From NCBI RefSeq assembly GCF_006345805.1, contig NC_042998.1:79980001-80044000 (forward strand): a stretch of 64,000 nt of DNA. Direction: 5' to 3'. Positions 13,605-26,040 of this stretch are shown here, piece by piece. Each line of letters starts with the position of its first letter. Positions within the stretch are counted from its first letter, which is position 1. Under the pieces are notes generated by a model. It was not told where the DNA came from. It saw only the letters and a program-made list of their open reading frames with translations, and did no database searches. The translations under genes were made by a program, and so were the position numbers. This DNA is from Octopus sinensis (lineage: Eukaryota).

Positions 13605-15549
13605 GCTTCTTTCAGTTGGTGTCTAGCAAATCCAATCACAAGGCTTTGATTGGCCTGGGGCAATGCAGGGGAACTGAAACCAGAAGCATGTAGTTGGGAC
13701 AAAAACTTCTAATTAATTACACAACCACATACACCCATATATATACAGAATACTAAATGGATATCCATTAGTTTTGAAAATGAGGATTCAGTTGTAAAGT
13801 CAACTGATTTACCAGTTCACTCTATGGCATGTAAGTGGTTGAGTATTCCAAAGACACATAAAACAATAAGATAAAGCACTTTCTTCAGTCATATAGACTT
13901 ATAGGGCTGGTTGCCCAGGTTCTCTAGCATATATACTCTCTCTTGGATGGGATACTGTTCTGTCAAAAGAACAGTTCTTTTTTGCCAGATGACTAGACTG
14001 AAGCAACGTGAAATGAAGTGTTTTGCTCAAGAACACAATGAAACCACAATCTTACAATCATGAAGCCAATACCATAACCACTAAGCCATGTATCTCTACA
14101 CAGACACATATAGGTTTAATGTAATTCACAGACAGAATCAGCAGACACAATCCATCTGATAGATTTCTGTACAGTTTCTATCTACTCAATTTCACTCACA
14201 AGACTTAGGGTTTTACTCAAGGCAAAGATAGTTGTCATTAGTGAGTCGTGTAGAGATCAAACACAAGACTTTATGATTGCGAAGCAAACTTCTTAACCAT
14301 TTAGCCATAATACATATACTCATGCATGTTAGATAGGATTCAGTTGTAAAGTCAACTGGTTTATGAGTTTACTCTATTGGCATCTACATACACTCACATT
14401 TATATATATATAAAGTTAATACTAGAGTCAATTTGTTTGACTAAAATTTTTCAAGGAGTTGACCCAGCAGGGCCACAGTCTTGTGACTGAAACAGGATAT
14501 ATAAATATATATATTAAGAAAAAGAAGGTAGTCAGCACTTGGATAAAAACTACTTATTTAGTGCTTCCAGGAATTCATCATAAATGATTTCTTATAGAAG
14601 ATTCATACCTTTTATATATGAGTTAGTAAAAAAAAGACCTGGAGTTGAATTTGTTTTTTGGAGATGTTCTTTGTCAGTTTGGCTCTATGATACATATATT
14701 TTTTTTCAACGCTTTTTTGTTGAGTGCTGCATTGAAAATACACTGACTTTCTACCCTATCAGGATTTATACTACCTACACACACACACACACACACACAC
14801 ACATATGTGTGTGTCCATCTGTGCATGGAAGGAAAGAGAGAGCAATCTGTGTTTCAGAAAAGTTACTTTAGGAAGAAATATACTTACAAATACAGAATTG
14901 TCCACACACATAAAGGGCATGTAATAGCCACAATGGTCAACCCATCCACTACCACCTCCATCACATACTCTGGCATGCACATCATCAGATTATGTTAACA
15001 ATATAAGCCATTTATTTATTCCTATCTCTCAGAGAAACTCATATATAGTTAATCTCTTATAGTTATGTCTTTATGGACATTTCATTTAGTTCAAATGTTC
15101 CGTTATTTTTCCTTCCTCTGGAAATAGACAAAGCAATTTATTTTCTCTTACTTTAGTACATACCTATTAATCAACCTACCTATCTATGTATGTTTGTATC
15201 ACACTCTATATCTATCTATCTGTCTATCTATTTATCTCTACAACTGTATGTATCTATCCACTTATGAGGTTATCCATTATCTTTTACTATACCTTTCTAT
15301 TTACCTACCTCCTTATCTACCTTTGTATGTATATAGTTACCTTCATAGCAACTTTTCGATTATGTTAATATCTATCTATTTACCAACATACTCATGTATC
15401 TATATACCTAAATATATATACCTAAATATATATACCTAAATATATATATCTAAATATCTACCTACATTTGTATTAATAACCTATGTATCTCTCTCTCTGC
15501 TTCTGAATGCATACATGTATATAATTATGTGTTTATCAGTCTGTATATA

Positions 15550-15771
15550 CTCTTTTACTTGTTTCAGTCATTTGACTGTGGCCATGATGGAGCACCGCTT
15601 TTAGTCGAGCAAATCGACCCCAGGACTTATTCTTTGTAAGCCTAGTACTTATTCTATCGGTCTCTTTTGCTGAACCACTAAGTTACAGGGACATAAATAC
15701 ACCAGCATCGATGTGGTGGGGGGGACAAACATAGACACACAAACATACATATATATATATATATTATATAT

Positions 15772-15814
<43 letters not shown>

Positions 15815-15975
15815 GACGGGCTTCTTTCAGTTTCCGTCAACCAAATCCACTCACAAGGCTTTGGTCATCCTGAGGCTATAGTAGAAGACACTTGCCCAAG
15901 GTGCCACGCAGTGGGAGTGAACCTAGAACCAAGTGGTTCGTAAGCAAGCTACTTACCACACAACCATTCCTACGC

Positions 15976-15976
<1 letters not shown>
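15550..15976 (-). mobile_element. Family C SINE
   Basis: Highly similar to 7870-8283 and the reverse complement of 57199-57584. Confidence 0.88.
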
Positions 15977-16025
<49 letters not shown>

Positions 16026-17568
16026 TTAACTGTACATTTATCTGTCATTGTTACTGCTGCCATCATCCCCATCCTCTTACACATGTTTTTCATACCAGCA
16101 TGTGCTGGACAAGTAGTTACAGTGCATGTCCACTCTTATTTGGAGTTACTGACCTCTTAGATGGTCAGAGGATCACATCTCACTTGTTCCACTTTTAGCA
16201 TGGCTTCTATTGCTAGTTACTCTTCCTATCAGCAACCACTTTACAGAGTAAACTGGGTGCATTTTACATGGCACCAACACTAGAGAGTTTGCCATATCCT
16301 CAGCAAGACTAACAAGTCCTCTTTCCTCCTTGTTTCTGTTTATTTGCCAACCACTTTACAATGTATACAGGGTGCATTTTATCATAACACCAGCACTAGA
16401 GAGATTGCCTTGTCTTTAGGAAGACTAAAGAGCCCTCTTTAGTCTACTGTCTCCATTCATTCTTTCACTAGCACCAGAGGGTTGTCTCAGCTAAACAAAA
16501 CTAAAAGTGTTCTCTCTACCCATGCACTGTTTCTTTACAGCAATATCCCTCTTTATCACACAACTAAGTAGGAAGAGAGCCTGTTAAGGGAGGGTAACAG
16601 AAAATAAATATAGAGAATCAGAGTGATAAGAGAAAGATGATAGAAAAGAGAGTAAAGAAAGAGAGTGAAGGAGTGATAAATACTTATGTGATAGTTGTTA
16701 TTAAGGAGGTTGAATAGAAGCAACATGACAAAGAAGAAAATGGTAGGAGAAAATTAAGGAAGAGAACCAAAATGATAGGGTAATGGAAATGAGAGTAAAG
16801 GAGGAGAGAGAGAGAGAGAGAGAGATCATGATTATTGGTAAGAAGACTGGTTGGATAGAAACAGAATGAACAGTATGATAGGTGAAGAGAGAGCGACAGG
16901 GTTAGAGAAGAAGGTGACGGAAGAGAGTGACAAAAAAGAGGGTATGAAGTTGGGAAGGAGAATGCAGTGGGGAGAGAGAGTGAGACAGACAGACACATAC
17001 ACACACACACACTGAGAGAATAAAAGATTAATGGATGTCAGCAATGAGGGATAGGATAGTAAAGAGCATGTGTGTGTGTGAGAGAGAAAGAGAGAAAGGA
17101 TGGATAGCAATAAATAAATTTTAATGATAAAGTGGGTGGGGGACTGAATATGAATAGACCCAATACACTGCATTCCTTCATTATACAAGTATCAGTAATT
17201 GAAGTAAATAGTTCTAAACATTTAGTCTATTATTCTATCATTTTAACAATTTTACAACCGACAAAAACAGGATTTTTTTCTTGTTAATTCATTCAAATTT
17301 TTATTTCCTTGATTTTGCCTTCATTACAGATATATAGTTAAGAGAACACACTAGTAATTCTACAAAATTATAAATATTTAAAGTTAATAATAAGTCATTT
17401 TTAAAAATCTATGCTATATAACTTTTATGTTAGCATCATGGTTTAGTTTAAATTCTTAAATGTTGAGCCAATGGAAGAGCCTCTACATTTTCACTTGATC
17501 GGCTAGAAATAGTAGACAATTTTCCCCTCACATCATACCCCACAGTTCTTCAAAAACAGAAACACATA

Positions 17569-18018
17569 CCGTAAATCCTCGAGTATAATCCACACTTTTC
17601 CCTCAAAATTTAAAGGTCAAGATCCCTAGTGCGCACTATATACGAGGTTAAAAATGAAAAATATTTTCTAAGCAATGTCTGAGTCTCTATTTGTGATGCC
17701 GGGCGCAAAAATACATTAAGCTAAGCCTGAAAGCAATGAAGTCATAAAAGAATCATCCATAACTTGCAGTAAGCAACATTTATTAAAATAAAAGTATTCT
17801 GAACACAGAATAACATGTAGCAAAAACAATTTGCAAATATAAGAACATTACCATTATTGTTTTACGCATGCGCAGAAGCATTTCTTCGACTAGGTGCTGC
17901 TGGCTTAATTACGCACGACTCAAGTTAGAGAAGGGGTGCGTATTATACACAAGGTTTAGGTTTTTCAGAAGTACAGCCCCTTAAAAATCTCCTGCGTATT
18001 ATACTCAAGGATTTATGG
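17569..18018. mobile_element. pogo/Tigger-like non-autonomous DNA transposon
   Basis: TA|CCGTAAATCCTCGAGTATAAT ... ATTATACTCAAGGATTTATGG|TA: terminal inverted repeats with TA duplication. Confidence 0.8.
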
Positions 18019-18209
18019 TATTATAGTCATATTGTAATCTTGCCGAAAAGGATAAGATAGTCCCTTTGGTCAAAAGTATGCTCATTCAGAATTACCTGGG
18101 GCTAAGCAACAACTGACCAATCCATCATTTAATGAGAGAATCTTTGCATAGTTGATTGATCTGTTAGAGATATTGCAGGCTACCATACACACTCTTTCAA
18201 ATATATATA

Positions 18210-19078
18210 TGTGGTCTGATCAATAAGTATCCAGACTGCTGCTATAGTAACGAAACTAAAACATGCAGAGTGAAACCACTTGACACAGATTGACCTTGAA
18301 CTCTGCTGTGCATATGCATGAAGTTTTAATGTTTACAGCAGTGCTTGGAAGGAAGGTGTATAGCGTGTGCTCGTCACATTGACCATGACAGAGAAAGTTG
18401 AGCAGAGAATCAACATCAAATTTTGCCAAAAGCTTGGCAATACCTGCTCAGAGGCATACACAAAGTTTTCAAAAAGGTTTTATTGTTCCAAACACAATTT
18501 AAGGAAACTTGTGCAACTGAAAGCCGGGTGTCTTTTCAGTCAGCTGAAAGCAGTTTTGGCAAACACGCATCTCATACCCAAATCTTCAGTGATAATGAAC
18601 TAAACTGAACCATAACTAATCTGCTCATCCTATGATAACTCATGGATGGTGATTCAATGATTTTCCCCTCACAGCTGCATGCACATCTGCGATGTTTTTC
18701 TCAGTTGCACTGGTTTCAGGTTTCCCCACAACATTTGTCAATATCGACATTTTTTCAGCCATCTTGGAAACATCTGAACCACTTGTACACTTGTGTGTGG
18801 CTTATACACTCCTCTCCATACACTTTCTGCAACCTTGTGTAGGCCTCTGAGCAGGTATCACCATGACAACTTTCTCTGTCATAGTCAATGCGAAAATCAC
18901 ACATTACACACCTTCCTTTCAAGTGCTGCTGCAAACAGCAGAAGTGAGCTAGAATGTTAAAACTTAGTGTGCATGCACGGCAGTGTTCAAGGTCAATCTT
19001 TGCCAAGCAGCTTCACTCTGCATGCTTTAGCTTTGTTACTATGGCAACAGTCCGTATACTTATTGATCAGATCTAACA
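18210..19078. mobile_element. Fold-back mariner derivative made of two inverted 5' ends, with transposase N-terminal remnants
   Basis: Ends GGTCTGATCAATAAGTATCCAGACTG / CAGTCCGTATACTTATTGATCAGA. Plus strand reads MTEKVEQRINIKFCQKLGNTCSEAY; minus strand reads GDTCSEAYTRLQKVYGEECISHTQVYKWFRCFQDG (mariner N-terminal HTH). Confidence 0.85.
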
Positions 19079-19466
19079 TATATCATTTAAGTAACAGAAA
19101 AAGAAAACGGAGATATCAATTTATTTGAACATAATCTGTTCAATATCAAATTCTTTGCTCTTATAGTTGTTTCCATGCCTAATTAATTCAATTTAAAGAA
19201 TTAAATTAATTTAAATTTTCATATCAAATATCATTAAATGGGTATTTCTCCAGGGTAAGAAATCAATACAAAAGAAGCTACACTCAGTGTGTTGGTTGAC
19301 CCTTAATTGACTCAGATATGTACGTTTTAGCAACCAGTGTATTTTAAAAAATTGCTGTTAATGTATGTGTGTATGTGTATATGCAAATTCGTTTCATACA
19401 TCTGTGTGTAATGTGTTTCTGTTATATCTGCAGTTTATTTGAATTAATATATGTATGTATGTATTG

Positions 19467-19510
<44 letters not shown>

Positions 19511-20011
19511 AAACAAAATTCAAATAAGTTATCATTATCTTTAAAAAATAATGATAAAATGGCCAGCAAACATAATCCGAATATGCAAATAATATATTAA
19601 AAGTCAGGATACAATATGTACCCATTAGCTTGAAAGAAGAGTTAAAACTCTCCCAAACCACATATCTCTGACTATATATAAAGGCGCATGGAGAATATAG
19701 CAAATACATTTAGAAAAATGGTTGTCCCCATTTGTAAAACTACAAAGAGGAGGATAGATATCCCAGTATCAATTGATTTTACTTTCTGTGGTGAATTGAC
19801 ACTTAAAGCTCATCAGCTAAGCTTACTACATAAACAATTTTTGAAAATATATTTACCTCTCCATGTGCGCCTGTTCTGCTGAAGGCTCCGCGAGTCCCAA
19901 ACGGACATTAGCAAGCTAATGTATTTGGGATACTTAGTTGTGCTCAAGACTTAGTGTTTTGCTTCTTCCATGGGTATGAGTAAGTATCTCATTTATTTCT
20001 TTTGCCACATT

Positions 20012-20060
20012 TATCACTGATGAAGGGAGGGTTCTTACGAACCCTGAAATCGGTCCGATA
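20012..20060 (+). ncRNA. Minimal type I hammerhead ribozyme motif, copy 1 (predicted cleavage after C20055)
   Basis: TATCA-CTGATGA-AGGG(agggttcttacgaa)CCCT-GAAA-TCG-GTC|CGATA. Intact catalytic core, stem II AGGG/CCCT, vestigial stem III, stem I TATC/GATA with an A-C mismatch next to the core. Confidence 0.65.
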
Positions 20061-20484
20061 TGGTAATAATCGAATTTTTTAGAGATTTCTGTCGGCTTTT
20101 TTTCGAGTAGCGTGCATATTGTGAAAAATTATATGGTAATGGACAATATGTCCAATTTTTTGGCATATTTGGCATTAGAAATTTTTCGTTTGCCCTTATT
20201 TATAAGTTGTTTATAATTTTAACCTTTAAAGGTATTTTTTAATATGCTGGCCATTGATAAAATTATTACGAAAAAAATGTTATCCTACATTAAATATAAA
20301 TTTAAGTGTTCACTTCTGGACTCTCTCATTCTGTGAGAGCCTCAGTTCAAATCGCACGTGTCTTGAATGGGCTGGAGTATTTCTATTTTGGATGTATTTG
20401 AGGTACTTAATTGTGCTCATGACTTAGTGTTTTGCTTCTTCCATGGGTATGAGTAAGTATCTCATTTATTTCTTTTGCCACATT

Positions 20485-20537
20485 TATCACTGACGAAGGG
20501 AGGGTTCTTACGAACTAACCCTGAAATCAGTCCGATA
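20485..20537 (+). ncRNA. Minimal type I hammerhead ribozyme motif, copy 2 (predicted cleavage after C20532)
   Basis: TATCA-CTGACGA-AGGG(agggttcttacgaactaa)CCCT-GAAA-TCA-GTC|CGATA. The core differs from copy 1 only at the freely variable N7 position. Confidence 0.6.
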
Positions 20538-21058
20538 TGGTAATAATCGAATTTTTTAGAGATTTCTGTTGGCTTTTTTTTGAGTAGCATGCTTATTGTG
20601 AAAAATTATACGGTAATGGACAATATGTCCAATTTTTTGGCATATTTGTCATTAGAAATTTTTTCGTTTGCCCTTGTTTATAAGTTGTTTATAATTTTAA
20701 CATTTAAAGGTATTTTTTAATATGCTGGCCATTGATAAAATTTTTTTCGAAAAAATTTTATCCTACATTAAATATATATATATATATATCCCTGCTTTTT
20801 CTCCTTCTCCTATCACTCATTATTCACATTCATCACTCACAATCTTTAACCACTACACATCTTCATTATTATCCATCAGACACAGTTTGTTTCTATGTGT
20901 GTGCGTGCGTGCATCCCCCTCTATCTCTGTCTTTCTCTTATCAGATGAGGCAGTCATGTCTAGAATGCCTTTGATCGACAACAGTATATAAATACATCCA
21001 ATCCTAGATTAGTGTTCAAAAGGGAATTTAATTTCTTACTCATATCATATTGAATATC

Positions 21059-21094
21059 CTGTTTGCCATGCTTTCTAAATTCTTCAGCATCCAT
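21059..21094 (-). pseudogene. Orphan 12-codon fragment MDAEEFRKHGKQ resembling the N-terminus of aromatic L-amino-acid/tyrosine/histidine decarboxylases
   Basis: Matches the recalled family start M-D/N-x-x-E-F-R-K/R-x-G-K-E/Q-M-V-D-Y. Good Kozak context (aaaATGG). Similarity stops abruptly and no GT donor follows. Confidence 0.4.
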
Positions 21095-21137
21095 TTTGCT
21101 TCGTATATATATATACATACATGTGTGTGTGTATATA

Positions 21138-21168
<31 letters not shown>

Positions 21169-22817
21169 TTGCCATTTCTCTTTATTACTTCTTTATCTGT
21201 TGCTGTTTTCTGCCAGTGATATAGCACAACTCAAAAGTGGTTTATGCTTTTAGTTTCATCAGTTGGTATCATCCTGGATATGGAAATTGCTAGTAGTTTC
21301 AACATCGATATTTTAACTGGCCAATCAAGTATAAAAATGCTGCTACCAATACTGCATTAACAGTATATGAACTCTTTATATGATGAGAGTTTCAAAATAT
21401 CAATCTGCTCAATACCTCAAAGTAATCATAAAGGAAAATAATGCAAAGAGGCAATTATGATGGTTTAGTTTCTGCTATATCTCCTGTTTATTTGGTTTTG
21501 TAATGATTTGTTATTTAAATAAAATGTATTTTGCATGGATTGTTAGAGATAATAAGGATATAAAACAGTCAAATATAAAGCACAGACATTTTTCAACAAT
21601 TAGGTTAACAGAGCAAATCGAGCACATGCTTTGATTGAGATGTGAATGTAACAAATAGCAGCAGATATGTTGTTCGTCATACTTCATTTATCAAAGCCTT
21701 TTTAAAATTAATCAGGTGATGCAGTGATGCTCTAGCTTCAAGAAAGAAATATTTTCTGTTAAGTAATCATAATATAATATATGCTATTGTGTGACTTTGT
21801 ATAACAGAAAGTTATGCATTAAAATAAAATGCTTCTGAGAGAACAAAAATACAAAACAAAACAAAAGCAAACTAGGAGCTGATTACTACTGAAAATCATT
21901 CAACGTCATTATCATATTTGTTTGATACCCACTGGTATGAGTTAGGTGGTTTTATTGAGGCAGATTTTCTCTGACTGGATGCCTTTCCTGTTACCAACCT
22001 GCACCTTTTGCTAAGCGCAGTAATATTTCCTCCTGATGAGAGATATTTTTGCAGAAGATTGGAGACAAATAACATTGCTTATGCAACAGTGACATTCATT
22101 TACAACCATTGTTGTAAATGGACAGCCACAGGACACACACAGACATACACACATACATATACACTTACAAATATCTACATACATACATACATGGAAGAGT
22201 GGTGAACAAAAAAGTGTCTTGAATTAAGAATACATAGAATGTTTATAAATGAAATATATCAGTTTGATCAATATGGCAAATAATCAAGGCAAAAAAATAA
22301 TGTGTAATGGGAAATATGTCATTTTACAATCTGAGTTTGAACCCTGCCAAGATGGGCATTGCCGCTTATCTACTTGTGATTTGTAAATACCAGGATTGGT
22401 ATTGATCCATTCCCATAATTTGTCTAGCATTTATTTTAGAAATCTTCATTATTACCATCTTCAGGTTCAATTGAACCAAAACTGAAACACTATGAACCAA
22501 AAAGGGAGTCTCTATACCGGAGGGGGGGGGGGGTTGTCAGCAAACTTCTTATCATTAGCTCCTTCATGGAATCATAAATAACTTATTGAACCCATCATGT
22601 AAATATCTAAAATATCTAAAAAGTATGATTAATAAAAAAAACATCTTGATTTAAATACAATAATTCCTTTGTTCCTTTGTGTCATTACTATTTTTAATAA
22701 GAAATATTTAAAGAAATTTAGTGAAAATATTGATGAAATTGATAGAGAACAATAAAAATTCAGTCATATTATATCGGTATAGTCAAAATAACTAATGTGA
22801 AATATGTAGTCAACACT

Positions 22818-22876
22818 GGTCACTAATTTCCAGCCAACTATTTATTGCATCAATAGTTAGCTGGAAAAAGGTGACC
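22818..22876 (-). ncRNA. 59-nt stem-loop, pre-miRNA-like candidate
   Basis: Minus strand GGUCAC-CUU-UUUCCAGCUAACUAUU-(9-nt loop)-AAUAGUUGGCUGGAAA-UUA-GUGACC: 16-bp stem with one G-U, plus a 6-bp basal stem. Confidence 0.3.
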
Positions 22877-22945
22877 TTCAGCCTTAAATTATTGCACTTT
22901 TCCAGATTCCATTCATTAAGTCTTAAATAACCGTAACGCTCAAAA

Positions 22946-23720
22946 TGACATCAAGTTGTTATGTCACTATATCACATCAAGTTGTTGTTATCTCACCAAA
23001 TGATATTAAATTGTTGTTATGTCTCTGACATCAAGTTGTTATGTCTCTAACATCAAGTTGTTATGTCACTGACATCAAGTTGTTGTTATCTCACCAAATG
23101 ATATTAAATTGTTGTTATGTCTCTGACATCAAGTTATTATGTCTCTAACATCAAGTTGTTATGTCACTGACATCAAGTTGTTATGTCACTGACATCAAGT
23201 GGTTATGTCTCTGACATCAAGTTGTTGTGTGTCTGACATCAAGTTGTTGTGTGTCTGACATCAAGTTGTTATGTGACTGACAACAAGTTATGTCAGTGAC
23301 ATCAAGTTGTTATGTCTCTGACATCAAAATGTTATGTCACTGACATCAAGTTGTTATGTGTCTGACATCAAGTTGCTATGTCACTGACAACAAGTTGCTA
23401 TGTCACTGACAACAAGTTATGTCACTAACAACAAGTTATGTCACTAACAACAAGTTGTTATGTCACTGACATCAAGTTGTTATGTGTCTGACATCAAGTT
23501 GTTATGTGTCTGACATCAAGTTGTTATGTCACTGACAACAAGTTATGTCAGTGACATCAAGTTGTTATGTGTCTGACATCAAGTTGTTATGTCACTGACA
23601 ACAAGTTGTTATGTGTCTGACATCAAGTTGTTATGTCACTGACATCAAGTTGTTATTATAGTAAGTACTATCAAGCTATTATATCACCAAAACAATATCA
23701 AGTTTATATAATGACATCAA
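22946..23720. repeat. 22-bp minisatellite (TGACATCAAGTTGTTATGTCAC)n, roughly 30+ units
   Basis: Directly visible tandem units with 19- and 25-bp variants. The unit is internally palindromic (TGACAT...ATGTCA). Confidence 0.95.
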
Positions 23721-24924
23721 AGTAACATAAATGTAACCATTTTTAATGAAAATTTTGCAGTTTCTCAGTTAAAGATTAGCAACAGTTTGCCAGATATAGT
23801 ACAAATCAACAGAATACATGCAGCTGATGTAGTGAATCTTTTATTATAAACATCATGTTCTTTTGAACATTGCAACACTCAAGAGTTGTAGGGTAGGGGT
23901 AGAATTTTGTAATAGCCAACATGAACATGTGCACACACACACACACACACAAATGTGTGAATATATACATTTCACATAATATAAATTCATTCAATCCCCA
24001 TCTGCATTAACACCAGATTTCTCTTCATGAAGTACCCATAACAGCAGAAATACATAAACACAATACCACACATGGGCATACATATATTTTTTTAAAAATA
24101 TTAACATAAAAACATATGGAAACACTACTCTTGAGCCATTAAAAGAAAAAGGAAAAATTTTAGAAGAGGACTGGTGAGAGTAGGTAAAGATGATGGTGGT
24201 GGGAGTAGTTTTAAGAATGTCAAGTTTTAATCAGAGAAATCATCATTCTAATACTAACAGCAAGGAAACTGCAGTATGATTAGTATTGGAAGCATGAGAG
24301 CTAGGCCCCCCACCCCAACACATACCATTCTTCATAGTCAAACACAATCAGTATAACGACAGAATGATGATATTTTTTAAGAGGTACACTATCTACCTAC
24401 TGTAGAAACTAAATATTCCTAGTGATAATGTTGTGTCGAAATTTATATTAAAAAAAACCCATCATCAACATCATCATCATAATTATTATTATTTATATTT
24501 TATTTATATTTTTTGAGGGAGAACTTTCTGGCAATAACCTATGAAGATGTGTTATTCACTTATTTATCATAACATTATCATCTAAAACAAACAGACACAC
24601 ACACACACGAATAAACATACATACAAAACACTCATCTAATTTTATCACATAAAAGGTTAAAAAACAAAGCAGGTTGAATTCAGCTTTATGCCCAACTATA
24701 TGATATTACATGGATATTATAATTATATTCTCTTGTCAAAAAGTAAGCTTGTTTTTGTTTGTGTTCTCTTTCTTTCTTTGTTTTTTGTTTCTTTTTTACT
24801 ATCATGGACGCAACTTCTTTGATTTACCTCAATTTACTAACCACACACACACACAATCACACACATGCACAACATAACGCAGAAGAAAGAAAAAAAAGGA
24901 AACTGTTAATTTCTTGGTAATTTT

Positions 24925-25012
24925 GTTTTTTTTTCCATTACAGTTTTTCTGAAAATATTGAGATTAAGCTATTGTCACAAGGAAACAGATATATATATAT
25001 ATAATATATATA

Positions 25013-25071
<59 letters not shown>

Positions 25072-25548
25072 TATGTGTGTGTGTATGTATGTATATGTAC
25101 ATATACATACATATATATTTTTATGGTTATATTTGTTTGTGTATGTATGTTCATTTAGCTGTTGTTATTTTAGAATCACAAAGCATGTGGGTGCACACAT
25201 ATATACACACACATTAATTTAACAGTTGTTTCATGTTTATAAAGTAACAACACACACCCACAATCTAAACAACAACAACAACCTTTATGTGTTTAATCAA
25301 ATGGAAGTGTTGAAAAGAGAATATAGAATACATATTGATTATTTTTGCTTACACATCTGTTTATGTTTATTTTTTAAAAGGAACACACCATTCAATAATG
25401 TTGCCCATATCTGTGGTGTTTCACAGAATCTAATTTACACCATTTTTAGATAAATTATGTGAAGAATCAGCAGTTTTTTTTTTTTTTCCATTACAGTTTT
25501 TCTGAAAATATTGAGATTAAGCTATTGTCACAAGGAAACAGAATATAT

Positions 25549-25623
<75 letters not shown>

Positions 25624-26040
25624 TATGTGTGTGTGTATGTATGTATATGTACATATACATACATATATATTTTTATGGTTATATTTGTTTGTGTATGTAT
25701 GTTCATTTAGCTGTTGTTATTTTAGAATCACAAAGCATGTGGGTGCACACATATATACACACACATTAATTTAACAGTTGTTTCATGTTTATAAAGTAAC
25801 AACACACACCCACAATCTAAACAACAACAACAACCTTTAATGTGTTTAATCAAATGGAAGTGTTGAAAAGAGAATATAGAATACATATTGATTATTTTTG
25901 CTTACACATCTGTTTATGTTTATTTTTTAAAAGGAACACACCATTCAATAATGTTGCCCATATCTGTGGTGTTTCACAGAATCTAATTTACACCATTTTT
26001 AGATAAATTATGTGAAGAATCAGCAGTTTTTTTTTTTTCC
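24925..26040. repeat. Near-identical tandem duplication of ~555 bp
   Basis: 24925-25472 is repeated at 25473-26040. The junction lies in a poly-T run; differences are limited to the (TA)n tract and single-base indels. Confidence 0.93.

Larger units (their letters stand above)
19919..20776 (+). mobile_element. Direct repeat (~380-bp copies at 19919-20298 and 20392-20776, period ~475) bearing hammerhead motifs; Penelope pLTR / retrozyme-like
   Basis: Two highly similar copies are visible directly. Each contains CTGANGA...GAAA...GTC. Confidence 0.7.

Noticed and set aside
22946-23720. CRISPR-like array of palindromic repeats
   Set aside because: Units are contiguous with no unique spacers, there are no cas genes, and the context is eukaryotic. 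The same applies to 39870-40258.
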